A stretch of DNA of 64,000 nucleotides, from the NCBI GenBank assembly GCA_963931305.1, contig OZ006994.1, positions 134,882 to 198,881 of the forward strand, in the 5' to 3' direction. This DNA is from an uncultured Bacilli bacterium. Its GTDB lineage: Bacteria; Bacillota_I; Bacilli_A; RF39; UBA660. Made by a program: the position numbers and the translations under genes. The notes below the pieces were generated by a model. The model had not been told where the DNA came from and searched no databases. It worked only from the letters and a program-made list of their open reading frames with translations. Position 1 is the first letter of the stretch; each line of letters starts with the position of its first letter. Positions 1-9,906 of the stretch are shown here, in pieces.

Positions 1-522
1 GATGGTATTTTGAAAATTTCAAAACATTTAGAACAATATAAGAAAGCATGTCGTAAACGCATTTTAGATGGATTTACAATTGATAATATGGCTGAAAATA
101 TGCAACGTGAATTTGAAAAATTATTAAATAAAAAACTATCAAAAACAAGTGATTTAACCAAACATTTAGATATTACAAAAGAATTAATTACTATGTTCTT
201 CTTGGCTGATAAACCACAATATCAATGGTTAGTTGCAAAATATAATCGTGATGTTTATGGTATGGAAAAGCCAATGGAAGAATTAAGTAGAAAAGAAAGA
301 TTATTAATAAAAGGACAAGCATTAGCACTTAAATTACATATTCCAGAAGAGGCAGAATTATGTTTCCGTTTCTTCTATGAAATTGCCAGACAGATTAAAC
401 ATTTTTTCGAATCAATTATTATGGTTCCTGTGCTACTTGTTCGCTTATTCTTTAAATTTATTGCATTAGAGTATCGTCGTATTAAGAGAATCTTAAAAAG
501 AAAGTTGAGTGGAAGAAAATGA
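1..522 (+). CDS. Hypothetical protein, probably 5'-truncated by the window edge. The frame is open from position 1 and the first in-frame start is a TTG at position 10.
   Basis: ORF 10..522 has no upstream stop within the window. The C-terminus is basic and K/R-rich. The stop overlaps the start of the next gene (ATGA), so the two are translationally coupled. No recognisable motif. Confidence 0.35.
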   Translation, partial: DGILKISKHLEQYKKACRKRILDGFTIDNMAENMQREFEKLLNKKLSKTSDLTKHLDITKELITMFFLADKPQYQWLVAKYNRDVYGMEKPMEELSRKERLLIKGQALALKLHIPEEAELCFRFFYEIARQIKHFFESIIMVPVLLVRLFFKFIALEYRRIKRILKRKLSGRK

Positions 523-1292
523 ATGTATTTCAACGATTAAGTCAATACCGTGAGTTTCTTAGAACAAGTATTCGAAAAGAAATTCGTGGTAAATATAAAA
601 AATCATTTTTAGGAATTTTATGGTCATTTTTAAATCCATTACTGATGTTAATGGTATATGCGATTATTTTTCCGATCATTTTGAAATCACCGGAAAAAAA
701 TTATACGATGTTTTTAATGACTGCTTTGATTCCTTGGACATTTTTTACAACAGGAATTACGCAAGGTGCAGCTGTTGTAATTGCCAATGCAAATATTTTA
801 AAAAAGGTATACTTTCCAAGAGAAATTTTACCAATTTCAATTGTTACAAGTGGTCTTGTTAATTTCTTGATTTCTTGTATTATTATCTTTATCTTTTTGA
901 TTTTTACAGGGATTGGATTTAGTAAATATTTGATCTTTTTTCCATTATATGTTTTAATTGAATATCTTTTGATTTTGGGATTTGTATTTATCCTTTCATC
1001 TGTTACAGTTTATTTAAGAGATTTAGAGCATATTATCGGTGTTGTGATTCAAGCTTTGTTTTATGCAACACCAATTGTATATTCTATGAGTATGATTCCA
1101 AAGGCCTTTGATTGGGTATTTAAGATTAACCCAATGGCTTATGTAATTCAAGGGTTTAGAGATACACTTTATTATCAAACAATGCCAGATTTACATGGTT
1201 TAGCGATTATTTCTGTATTTAGTTTGATACTATTATATGTTGGTTATAAAATTTTCTATCGTTTACAAAAGAATTTTGCAGAGGAGTTATAG
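519..1292 (+). CDS. ABC-2 type polysaccharide/teichoic-acid export permease (TagG/Wzm-like)
   Basis: 257 aa with six predicted TM segments and the ABC-2 permease signature region (…FPREILPISIV…). It lies next to glycosyltransferase genes. No cognate ATPase is visible inside the window. Confidence 0.7.
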   Translation: MNVFQRLSQYREFLRTSIRKEIRGKYKKSFLGILWSFLNPLLMLMVYAIIFPIILKSPEKNYTMFLMTALIPWTFFTTGITQGAAVVIANANILKKVYFPREILPISIVTSGLVNFLISCIIIFIFLIFTGIGFSKYLIFFPLYVLIEYLLILGFVFILSSVTVYLRDLEHIIGVVIQALFYATPIVYSMSMIPKAFDWVFKINPMAYVIQGFRDTLYYQTMPDLHGLAIISVFSLILLYVGYKIFYRLQKNFAEEL

Positions 1293-1295
1293 TTT

Positions 1296-2258
1296 ATGGA
1301 TAAATTGTATATTGTAGTACCTTGTTATAATGAAGAAGAAGTATTGCCAGAAACATCAAAACGTTTAAAAGTGAAGATGAATGAGTTGATAAAAGCGAAA
1401 AAAATTTCACCTGATTCTCATGTTGTGTTTATAAATGATGGTTCTAAAGATAAAACTTGGGAGTTAATTTCTTCATATAGTGAAAAAGATCATTTATTTG
1501 GAGGCATTAATTTATCACGTAATCGTGGACATCAAAACGCATTATTAGCTGGACTTATGACAGTGAAAGAAGATGCCGATATGGTTATTTCTATGGATGC
1601 AGATTTACAAGATGATATTGATGCAGTCGATCGTTTTGTAGATGCATATTATGCTGGAAATGATATTGTTTATGGTGTGCGTTCTTCAAGAAAAAAAGAT
1701 ACATTTTTTAAAAGGACAACTGCACTTGCTTTTTATAAATTAATGTCTCGTATGGGAGTAGAATCTGTTTATAATCATGCGGATTATCGTCTTATGAGTA
1801 AACGTGCTTTAAATGCATTAGAAAACTTTAAAGAAGTAAATTTATTCTTAAGAGGGATTATGCCATTAATTGGTTTTCCGAGTACAGTAGTAGAATATGA
1901 AAGAAATGAAAGATTTGCAGGAGAAAGTAAATATCCATTAAAGAAAATGTTAAATTTTGCTCTTGATGGGATTACTTCTTTCAGTGTTAAACCAATTCGT
2001 TTTATTACTGCAATTGGGTTTTTGATATCTGTTATTAGTGTGGTTATGTTTATTTATACAATTGTAAGACATGTTCTTGGTTTTACCGTTGCAGGTTGGA
2101 GTTCTATTATTATTTCTTTATGGTTCTTAGGTGGTGTACAAATTTTATCAATTGGAATCATTGGAGAATATATTGGGAAAATATATATGGAAACGAAAGG
2201 ACGTCCAAGATTTATTATTGAAAATTATATGATTCATCATATAAAATCAAAAAAATAG
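1296..2258 (+). CDS. GT2-family polyprenyl-phosphate sugar synthase (GtrB/CsbB-like glycosyltransferase)
   Basis: N-terminal GT-A domain (VVPCYNEE, DGSKD, and a D-A-D motif in the form MDADLQDD). The C-terminal ~90 aa carry 2 TM helices, as in GtrB/CsbB bactoprenol glycosyltransferases. Confidence 0.75.
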   Translation: MDKLYIVVPCYNEEEVLPETSKRLKVKMNELIKAKKISPDSHVVFINDGSKDKTWELISSYSEKDHLFGGINLSRNRGHQNALLAGLMTVKEDADMVISMDADLQDDIDAVDRFVDAYYAGNDIVYGVRSSRKKDTFFKRTTALAFYKLMSRMGVESVYNHADYRLMSKRALNALENFKEVNLFLRGIMPLIGFPSTVVEYERNERFAGESKYPLKKMLNFALDGITSFSVKPIRFITAIGFLISVISVVMFIYTIVRHVLGFTVAGWSSIIISLWFLGGVQILSIGIIGEYIGKIYMETKGRPRFIIENYMIHHIKSKK

Positions 2259-2281
2259 AGCTATATTAAGGCTCTATTTTC
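2259..2281 (+). terminator. Rho-independent terminator after the GT2 gene
   Basis: Inverted repeat tagagc-N9-gctcta followed by a T-run (…atagagctatattaaggctctatttt…). Confidence 0.45.
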
Positions 2282-2315
2282 ATAGACGAAAACAGGAAAG
2301 TATTGTATAATAAAG

Positions 2316-2798
2316 ATGGTGAAGAACATGAAAAAAGTATTATTTATTTCATCAACAGGAGGACATTTTAACGAGTTAATGCAACTAGAAAGTATGTTTT
2401 CAAAATATGATTATCATATTATTACTGAAAAAACAAAAGTAAGTAAGAGTTTAAAAGATAAATATGCAGATCGTATTGATTTTTTAATTTACGGAACAAA
2501 GTCTCATCCGATTACATATCCATTTAAATTATTAATGAATTGTTTTAAAAGTGCATATTTTTATCTAAAAATACATCCAGATTATATTATCACTACTGGT
2601 ACACATACAGCAGGACCGATGTGTTGTATTGGAAAAATTATGGGAAGTCGTATCATATATATAGAATCTTTTGCTAATATTCATACAAAAACAGCAACTG
2701 GGAAATTACTTTATCCAATTTCTAATTTATTTATTGTCCAATGGAAGGATATGACAAAATTATATAAAGATGCGAAATATGGAGGTTGGATTTACTAA
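2316..2798 (+). CDS. Alg14-like glycosyltransferase accessory/membrane-anchor subunit (PssD/Cps14F-like)
   Basis: 160 aa. Alg14-family signature (FISSTGGHFNEL… ITTGTHTAGPMC). The stop overlaps the next start (TAATG). An alternative start is the ATG at 2328. Confidence 0.65.
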   Translation: MVKNMKKVLFISSTGGHFNELMQLESMFSKYDYHIITEKTKVSKSLKDKYADRIDFLIYGTKSHPITYPFKLLMNCFKSAYFYLKIHPDYIITTGTHTAGPMCCIGKIMGSRIIYIESFANIHTKTATGKLLYPISNLFIVQWKDMTKLYKDAKYGGWIY

Positions 2799-3697
2799 TG
2801 GTTTTTGTAGTATTAGGGACGAATGATAAAGATTTTTCACGATTATTAAAAGCGATTGATCATGAAATAGAAAAAGGTACTATTCAAGAAGATGTGATAG
2901 TTCAAAGTGGAACAACAAAATATCATTCTAAATATATGAAGTTAATTGATTTTCTTTCCATTGATGAATTTAATAAATATATTGAACAAGCAGATTATGT
3001 GATTACCCATGGTGGAGTAGGAACAATTTTAGATAGTTTAAAGAAAAATAAAAAAATAATTGCCGTGCCTCGTTTAAAAAAATATAAAGAACATGTAAAT
3101 GATCATCAACTTCAAATTATAACGGAGTTTGAAAAAGATGGGTATTTATTGGCTGTTGACGATTTAGATAAATTAGAAACTGCAGTTCAAAAAATAAAGA
3201 AATTTAAGCCTAAGAAGTTTCATTCTAATCAAAAGAAATTTATTCAGTTAATTGATAATTACATCAAAAAAGATAATCATACCAGTTGGTATAATCAGTA
3301 TCGAGAGATGATTAATTATTTAGTATTTGGAGGCTTAACTACAGTTGTTAATATTGTTTCCTTTTTCATTATGGATTTAATGGGAATCAATACTTATGTT
3401 AACAATACAATCGCTTGGATATTGTCTGTTATTTTCGCATATGTTACAAATAAAATGTTTGTTTTTGAGAGTAAAACAACTAATTATAAAGAACTTACAA
3501 AAGAAATTAGTTCATTCTTTGCTGCTCGCGTATTTTCATATGTAGTAGATATGGCGGGAATGTACTTATTTGTAAGTGTGATGATGGCTAATAAGATGTT
3601 TGCAAAAGTAATTATGAATGTGGTAGTGATTGTTATTAATTACATTTTTAGTAAATTATTTATCTTTAATCAAGATAAAAATGCAAAGAAGGTCTAA
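2798..3697 (+). CDS. Alg13-like GT28 C-terminal catalytic domain fused to a C-terminal GtrA-like 4-TM domain
   Basis: The N-terminal ~150 aa match the Glyco_tran_28_C/Alg13 fold (VVLGTND… ITHGGVGTILDSL… IAVPR). The C-terminal ~135 aa are GtrA-family (4 TM; SVIFAYVTNKMFVFES). An AGGAGG lies 12 nt upstream of the ATG at 2798. Confidence 0.65.
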   Translation: MVFVVLGTNDKDFSRLLKAIDHEIEKGTIQEDVIVQSGTTKYHSKYMKLIDFLSIDEFNKYIEQADYVITHGGVGTILDSLKKNKKIIAVPRLKKYKEHVNDHQLQIITEFEKDGYLLAVDDLDKLETAVQKIKKFKPKKFHSNQKKFIQLIDNYIKKDNHTSWYNQYREMINYLVFGGLTTVVNIVSFFIMDLMGINTYVNNTIAWILSVIFAYVTNKMFVFESKTTNYKELTKEISSFFAARVFSYVVDMAGMYLFVSVMMANKMFAKVIMNVVVIVINYIFSKLFIFNQDKNAKKV

Positions 3698-3757
3698 GGG
3701 CTCTTCTTTTTTTATTAGATTTATGATATGATGGAAGAGATAATAAGGGTGAGGCTT

Positions 3758-6700
3758 ATGAAGATAATACTGTATTTGAATGATAAGAAAATTGATTTTT
3801 TGTTGCCACAACAAATTTTTGGTAGTTTTGGTTTTGATGAGAACAGCCAAGAAGAAAGTAAACTTATCCATATTGAGGCGAAAGATGGAAATTGGATATT
3901 GTGTAGTACTTCTGATGTTCAAATTATTGATCATAATCAGTATGTAAAAGAGATAAAATTAGAGCCAAACCAATTTTACGTTTTAAGAAGAGATGAAAAG
4001 AATTATTTGATATATGTTCAAGAAATTACATTTCCTGGATTTCAATTATATACATATCAAAAGGATTTACAAATTACGATTGGTAATCAACAAAATTGTA
4101 GTATCCAATATTTAATTCCATATATGCAAGGAGTGTTTGCGAAAATATATTATCGTGAAAATCGTTTAATGATAGAACGCGTTGGGAAAGGGAATATTTA
4201 TATCAATCGTATTGCACTAAAAGAAAATGCTTATTATATAAAAAATGGTGATTTTATAGATATATATGGTTTACAAATGATTTTTTTAGACGGTACTTTG
4301 TTTATTCGCCGTTTAGAACAAAAGATTCTTGTAAATTTAGAACTTAGTAAATTAACTGCTTATCAATTTCCAAAGGAAGAAGAACCAGAAAATGTTGAAA
4401 TAAAAAATTTAGAATTGTATTCAAAAAACTCTTATTTTTCAAAACCACCACGTTTACGTAGAATGATAGAGACAAAAGTGATAAAGTTAAGTGCTCCTCC
4501 ACGAGATGAAAGCAAAGAGGAAATGCCAATTGCTTTAGTAGTGGGACCCATGCTGACTATGGGAATTATGTCTGGAACTATGCTTTTGAATACGTTGATG
4601 CGTATTTCAGCAAAAGAAGCAACTTGGGCTTCTTCATGGCCACAGCTAGTTACCAGTGGTGCTATGTTGATTTCTATGATTGTATGGCCTATGGTAACGC
4701 AAGTTTATAATCGTAAAATGAAAAAAAGAAAACGTATTGAAACAGTTGAGAAGTATACAAAATATTTAAATGAGAAGAAAGAAGAATTATTACAAGAGGC
4801 AAAGTTACAAACTGATATTTTATATGAGAATTTATTAACTGTTGAGCAATGTTTGAATATTATTAAACATCAAGGAATTAACTTTTGGGATAAACGAATT
4901 GATCAGAGTGACTTTTTAGTGACACGTTTAGGAATTGGAAAAGAACACTTAGATGTTAAAATTGAATATCCCGATGAGGGATTTACTGTAGATGAAGATG
5001 AACTTCGCAAACAAGCAGATCAATTAGTAGAAGAGTTTCAATATATTTCTAATGTTCCAATTGGCTATTCATTTTATCAAAATAAAACCACAGCAATTAT
5101 GGGAACGAGTTATAAAGTAATGCATTTAATGCACAATATATTGTTACAATTAATGACATTTTATAGTTATGAAGACGTAAAGATTGTATTGTTTACCAAT
5201 CAAGAAAGAAAAGAACAATGGAACTATTTAAGATATTTAAAACATTGTTTTAATAATGAAGAAAGTATTCGTTTTTTTGCTGATGATTTAGAAAGTGCAA
5301 AGAATGTTGCCGATTATTTACAATTAGAAATTCATAATCGTATGCAGCAAAAAGAAAATCATAGTTCTGTTACATTAAAGCCATATTATTTTATTGTAAT
5401 TGATGATTATGATCAAGTAAGATATCATGAATTAATTAAGTTAATTACGGAAACTGATGAAAATTTAGGGTTTAGTTTGGTAATTTTAGAAAATAGATTG
5501 AGTAAGTTACCAAGTAAATGTAATAATTTTATTTCTGTAGGGGAAAATAGTTCCGGTATTTTGAAAAATTCTTATGAAAATCAGGAACAAGTAACATTTA
5601 CGGATGAAATTAAGTATGATATCAATATGATGGATGTTGTGAAACAGTTATCAAATATACCAATTGAGTTTGAAGATGGTGTTTCTTCTATTCCAGATTC
5701 TATTTCATTTTTAGAGATGGAAAAAGTAGGAAAAGTAGAACAATTGAATATTTTAAACCGTTGGAATACAAATGATTCTACGACAAGTTTAAAAGCAGAA
5801 ATTGGTGTTGATAGTCAAGAAAACTTAATGTATTTAGATCTTCATGAAAAGGCACATGGTCCACATGGATTAATTGCTGGTATGACTGGTAGTGGTAAGT
5901 CAGAGTTTATTATTACGTATATTTTATCTATGGCAATTAATTATAGCCCTGATGATGTTGCCTTTATCTTAATTGACTATAAAGGTGGAGGATTGGCATT
6001 TGCTTTTGAAAATAAGGCTGCAAATGTGATTTTACCTCATTTAGCGGGAACAATTACAAATTTAGATAAGGCAGAATTAAATCGTACACTTGTAAGTATT
6101 GATAGTGAAATTAAAAGACGACAAGAAATTTTTAATCAGGCAAGGGAACAACTAGGAGAAAGCACAATTGATATTTATAAATATCAAAGATTTTATAAAG
6201 AAGGAAAATTACAAGAACCTGTTCCTCACTTATTTATTATTTGTGATGAATTTGCAGAATTAAAAGTTCAACAACCTGAATTTATGGATAATTTGATTAG
6301 TGTTGCTCGTATTGGTCGTAGTTTGGGAATACACCTTATTTTAGCGACGCAAAAACCTAGTGGTGTAGTAAATGATCAAATTTGGTCTAATACGAAATTT
6401 CGTGTTTGTTTAAAAGTGCAAGATGAATCAGATAGCAAAGAGGTATTAAAGGTACCAGATGCTGCTTACTTAAGACAAACTGGACGTTTTTATTTAGAAG
6501 TAGGATATAATGAATATTTTGCGTTAGGTCAATCTGCATGGTGTGGTGATAAATATTATCCATCAGAACGAATTATAAAGCATATTGATCGAAGTGTTAG
6601 TTTTATTGATGATAGTGGGAATGATATTAAAAACACACAAATTTCTAGTGGAAATAAAATAACTGCTATGGGTGATCAATTATCAGCCATTATGAATATG

Positions 6701-8329
6701 ATTATTATGGTTGCGAACCAAGTAGAGAAACATACAAGAAAATTATGGCTAGAAAATGTCCCGGATTTTATTTTAGAAACTGATTTACAAAGTAAATATC
6801 AAATGACCTTTGATAAAAAACCAGCAGCAATTATAGGAGAATATGATGCTCCTGAGAAACAGGAACAAGGAATTGTTTCATATCACTATTTAGATGATGG
6901 AAATACGATTGTTTATGGTACGGATGGAGCAGAAAGAGAGTTGTTCTTAAATACTTTATTATATTCTACAATAAAAAATTATTCATCGTCTCAAATTCAA
7001 TTTTACATCATTGACTATGGTTCTGAATCATTAAGAAGTTATTTATCTTGTCCACATGTTGGTGGTATGGTGTTTGCCTCAGAGGATGAAAAATATCACA
7101 ATTTATTAAAAATGATTCGTGAAGAATTACAAAATAGAAAACGTATTTTACGAGATTATGGTGGAGAGTATTCTAATTATTTAGAATCTGGAAAAGATAA
7201 TTTACCAGTACAAGTAATTATTATGAACAATTTTGATTCTATATACGAAAATAATCCAGATATTTATGAATTATTACCAGAATTAGTACGTGATTCTGAA
7301 CGATATGGTATCATTTTTATCTTTACTGTGAATGCATTTAATTCACTTCCAAGTAAAATCTCACAAAATTGTAGTAATATTTATGCTTTCCATGTTAAAG
7401 ATAATGATGAGTATACATCTATCTTTAATCAAAGAGTAAAGGTGATGCCACGAGATATTGTTGGTCGTGGATTATTATTAAATGATGGTATTCATGAATT
7501 TCAGGTGGCACATATTTTCAATGAAGATGAGAATGCAAGTCAAAGAATGTTAGAATTTGTGGAAGAAGAAAAAAATAAAAATCAAGTAAGTGCAAAAAGA
7601 ATTCCTACTCTCCCAGATGTTATTACACTTTCCGACATTCAAGAATATATTTCTAATATTCATCGCGTTCCAATTGGAATTGTAAAAAGTGATTTACAAG
7701 TTTGCTATGTTGATTATTTAAATAGTCTTGGTAATATTGTTACTTCTACAAAGTTAGAAAATACAACAAACTTTATTTGCAGCTTATCTCTTGTATTAGA
7801 ACAAATGAAAAGTGTTCATACTATGTTATGGGATGCTTCTTCTAATTTAGAAAAATATCAAACATGTTTTCATCAATATTATAATCAACGCTTTCATGAA
7901 ATATTAGATGATCTTATTTTATCATTAGAAAAATACTCATCTATGTCTCAAAAGCCTAAATTAGTAGTATTTATCTATGATTTTGATAAATGGATTTCAA
8001 AATTAAAAGATACGAATCGTTTACAGATATTCGTACAAAAGATCAAAGAGTATGAAAATTTATCTTTGGTAATTGCTGATTCCTCATTAAAAATTAAAAA
8101 ATATGTATTTGAACCATGGTTTGCAAGTATATTTAGTGTAAATCAAGGTGTATGGATAGGTAGAGGCATCTCTGATCAGAGTTTGTTACATTTATCAAAC
8201 GTTACACGAGATATGACTAAAAATTATAAAAATGATATGGGATATTTTGTAGATGATGGTTTAGCAACACTTTGTAAATGGATTGACTTTTTTGTAACCG
8301 AAGATGTAGGTGATGATCATGAAGAATAA
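3758..8329 (+). CDS. essC: Type VII secretion system FtsK/SpoIIIE-family ATPase EssC (YukB-like)
   Basis: ~1523 aa: N-terminal FHA-like region, 2 TM helices and three FtsK-like ATPase domains. D1 carries a canonical Walker A (GLIAGMTGSGKSE) and Walker B (LFIICDEFAEL). There is long collinear identity to S. aureus EssC around IPDSISFLEM…LHEKAHGPHGL…LIDYKGGG. D2 and D3 have degenerate P-loops. The RBS aagggtgagg sits 4 nt upstream of the ATG at 3758. Confidence 0.9.
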   Translation: MKIILYLNDKKIDFLLPQQIFGSFGFDENSQEESKLIHIEAKDGNWILCSTSDVQIIDHNQYVKEIKLEPNQFYVLRRDEKNYLIYVQEITFPGFQLYTYQKDLQITIGNQQNCSIQYLIPYMQGVFAKIYYRENRLMIERVGKGNIYINRIALKENAYYIKNGDFIDIYGLQMIFLDGTLFIRRLEQKILVNLELSKLTAYQFPKEEEPENVEIKNLELYSKNSYFSKPPRLRRMIETKVIKLSAPPRDESKEEMPIALVVGPMLTMGIMSGTMLLNTLMRISAKEATWASSWPQLVTSGAMLISMIVWPMVTQVYNRKMKKRKRIETVEKYTKYLNEKKEELLQEAKLQTDILYENLLTVEQCLNIIKHQGINFWDKRIDQSDFLVTRLGIGKEHLDVKIEYPDEGFTVDEDELRKQADQLVEEFQYISNVPIGYSFYQNKTTAIMGTSYKVMHLMHNILLQLMTFYSYEDVKIVLFTNQERKEQWNYLRYLKHCFNNEESIRFFADDLESAKNVADYLQLEIHNRMQQKENHSSVTLKPYYFIVIDDYDQVRYHELIKLITETDENLGFSLVILENRLSKLPSKCNNFISVGENSSGILKNSYENQEQVTFTDEIKYDINMMDVVKQLSNIPIEFEDGVSSIPDSISFLEMEKVGKVEQLNILNRWNTNDSTTSLKAEIGVDSQENLMYLDLHEKAHGPHGLIAGMTGSGKSEFIITYILSMAINYSPDDVAFILIDYKGGGLAFAFENKAANVILPHLAGTITNLDKAELNRTLVSIDSEIKRRQEIFNQAREQLGESTIDIYKYQRFYKEGKLQEPVPHLFIICDEFAELKVQQPEFMDNLISVARIGRSLGIHLILATQKPSGVVNDQIWSNTKFRVCLKVQDESDSKEVLKVPDAAYLRQTGRFYLEVGYNEYFALGQSAWCGDKYYPSERIIKHIDRSVSFIDDSGNDIKNTQISSGNKITAMGDQLSAIMNMIIMVANQVEKHTRKLWLENVPDFILETDLQSKYQMTFDKKPAAIIGEYDAPEKQEQGIVSYHYLDDGNTIVYGTDGAERELFLNTLLYSTIKNYSSSQIQFYIIDYGSESLRSYLSCPHVGGMVFASEDEKYHNLLKMIREELQNRKRILRDYGGEYSNYLESGKDNLPVQVIIMNNFDSIYENNPDIYELLPELVRDSERYGIIFIFTVNAFNSLPSKISQNCSNIYAFHVKDNDEYTSIFNQRVKVMPRDIVGRGLLLNDGIHEFQVAHIFNEDENASQRMLEFVEEEKNKNQVSAKRIPTLPDVITLSDIQEYISNIHRVPIGIVKSDLQVCYVDYLNSLGNIVTSTKLENTTNFICSLSLVLEQMKSVHTMLWDASSNLEKYQTCFHQYYNQRFHEILDDLILSLEKYSSMSQKPKLVVFIYDFDKWISKLKDTNRLQIFVQKIKEYENLSLVIADSSLKIKKYVFEPWFASIFSVNQGVWIGRGISDQSLLHLSNVTRDMTKNYKNDMGYFVDDGLATLCKWIDFFVTEDVGDDHEE

Positions 8330-8588
8330 AGTATTAGTAAGATTAATTGTACCAGAATTAGATACTAGTTTTGATGTCTTTGTACCAATTAATGAAGTGA
8401 TATGGAGATTGAAAGCTCTATTTATAAAATCAATTTCGGATTTAAGTAGTTTTTCTCTTCCCACAGATGTGAATTATTTATTGTTAAATAAAGATACTGG
8501 TAAAATTTATCAGAATAATGAATTAGTATTAAATACGGATATCCGTAATGGTACAGAATTGTTTTTTGTTGCACGTAGTCAATTGTAA
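8319..8588 (+). CDS. esaB: T7SS ubiquitin-like protein EsaB/YukD
   Basis: ~89 aa with a beta-grasp-like pattern resembling EsaB/YukD (VLVRLIVPELDTSFDVFVPINE…). The start overlaps the essC stop, so the genes are translationally coupled. AGGTGA lies 5 nt upstream of the ATG at 8319. Confidence 0.65.
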   Translation: MKNKVLVRLIVPELDTSFDVFVPINEVIWRLKALFIKSISDLSSFSLPTDVNYLLLNKDTGKIYQNNELVLNTDIRNGTELFFVARSQL

Positions 8589-8605
8589 ACTATTGTAAAC
8601 AATAT

Positions 8606-8634
8606 TTGACTTTTTAAAAAACTTATATTAATAT
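8606..8634 (+). promoter_or_regulatory. Sigma-A-type promoter upstream of the EsxA-like gene
   Basis: TTGACT, a 17-nt spacer, then TAATAT. It is preceded by two tandem copies of attgtaaac (8582-8600), which could be an operator. Confidence 0.4.
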
Positions 8635-8677
8635 GAAATTAGATAGGATACTATCTATTATTAAAGGAGGCATAGAT

Positions 8678-9322
8678 ATGGCATTAACTGGATTTAATCC
8701 TGATGTAGTAAATTCATCAATTAATTCTGTAAAAGCAGCATATGAAAATTTAATTCAAGCGTTAGGAAATGATATGCAGACACGTTTTGTGAATGGAATG
8801 GCAGATAAATGGGCTTGTAATCAAGCACAAACATTCTTTAACAATTCTTTCAAACCTGCAATTGATAATTTAATTACAAGTTCAAATGCAATTTTTGAAA
8901 GTGTAGTAGCATCAATGAATAGTGCTGGACAAGCTTGGGCAGCACAAACTGATTCTTCATATTCTCCACAATCATTTTCAGCAATTTCAAAAACAATCGA
9001 TACAAGTGTGATTCGTGAAAATATTGGTGGAGTCAGAGGAATTGATTTATCATCAGCAACAACAGTTGCAAATCAATTAACTTCAATTGCTGACTCTGCA
9101 AAATCTGCACTAACAAGTGCACAACAAGCTGTACAAAATTGTGGATTTATTGGTGGAAATCAAGCAAGTAATTTAATTAATTCTTTAGGAGTTATTAAAA
9201 CTAAGATTGATAATGCTACTCAAGAAATTTCAAATCAATCAAGAACAGCCATCAACAACACTGTTGAAAGCTATTCTGATACAGAAGGAAGAGTTTCACA
9301 AGCGTTTTCTTCTGAAGGATAA
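8678..9322 (+). CDS. WXG100 (EsxA)-like T7SS substrate with a ~115-aa Ser/Thr/Asn-rich C-terminal extension
   Basis: The N-terminal ~100 aa align in pattern with EsxA/YukE (…RFVNGMADKWACNQAQTFF…, where WAC replaces WXG). The protein is helical and A/S/T/Q-rich. AAGGAGG lies 7 nt upstream of the ATG at 8678. The gene sits directly downstream of essC-esaB. Confidence 0.5.
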   Translation: MALTGFNPDVVNSSINSVKAAYENLIQALGNDMQTRFVNGMADKWACNQAQTFFNNSFKPAIDNLITSSNAIFESVVASMNSAGQAWAAQTDSSYSPQSFSAISKTIDTSVIRENIGGVRGIDLSSATTVANQLTSIADSAKSALTSAQQAVQNCGFIGGNQASNLINSLGVIKTKIDNATQEISNQSRTAINNTVESYSDTEGRVSQAFSSEG

Positions 9323-9350
9323 AATGATATAAAGAATACCAGGTGATAAT

Positions 9351-9905
9351 ATGGAAATTCATATTGATAAATTAAAGACAACGGTATTACAATTAAATCA
9401 TTGTATAGAAGAATATGAAGAAATTTATATGAATTTTTATCATGTAATTTCTTCTTCTTCTTTTTTTTGGAATGATAATCGTTCTAAAAAATTTTACGAG
9501 GCAATGTATACCGAGAAAAATCAAGTAAAAACAGTAATTGATGAACTATATAATTTAAAAAATATTTATGATTATATGATTGCAGAATATGAGAAAATTG
9601 GTACTAGAATACAAATTCAGTTAAGTGAAAAACAAAATGTAATTCAGTTGTTTGAAAAATATTTGGAAAAAATTCATCGCTGTATACAAATATTGTATTC
9701 AATTTCTTTAGATGCATATCCAGAAGTTGCTCCATTATTAGTAGAAGAAAAAAATAATTTTATCAGATTAGAACAACAAGTTCAAACATTAAAAGATAAG
9801 TTATCACAATTATTTGATAAAATAGAAGAATTGGAAAATCATATAAATAAAGAAATAAATAAATTACAGATTCAAAAAATATCAGAGATAGAAGGAGAAT
9901 ATTAA
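9351..9905 (+). CDS. WXG100-like / coiled-coil small protein (putative T7SS effector helper)
   Basis: 184 aa. The N-terminal helical hairpin has an FFWNDNRSKKFYEAMY motif in the WXG position, and the C-terminal half is a long coiled coil. It is tightly linked to the two following small ORFs. Confidence 0.4.
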   Translation: MEIHIDKLKTTVLQLNHCIEEYEEIYMNFYHVISSSSFFWNDNRSKKFYEAMYTEKNQVKTVIDELYNLKNIYDYMIAEYEKIGTRIQIQLSEKQNVIQLFEKYLEKIHRCIQILYSISLDAYPEVAPLLVEEKNNFIRLEQQVQTLKDKLSQLFDKIEELENHINKEINKLQIQKISEIEGEY

Positions 9906-9906
9906 T

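Noticed and set aside
3656-3934. Antisense or embedded small ORFs from the six-frame track (3656..3934-, 4344..4529-, 620..862+, 10149..10376-, 10600..10806-, 11465..11761-, 13947..14327-, 14788..15039-, 17934..18116+, 22307..22612-, 22651..22905-, 25487..25669-, 28302..28760+, 34598..34909-, 36293..36550-, 37832..38095-, 40146..40394-, 58545..58976-, 60223..60405-, 60574..60900+, 61054..61639+, 62366..62632±)
   Set aside because: Each overlaps a well-supported gene on the other strand or in another frame. They have low-complexity composition and no RBS.
8633-8677. Upstream start (8633) of the EsxA-like ORF
   Set aside because: AAGGAGG lies 7 nt before the ATG at 8678. The 8633 start falls inside the promoter/-10 region.
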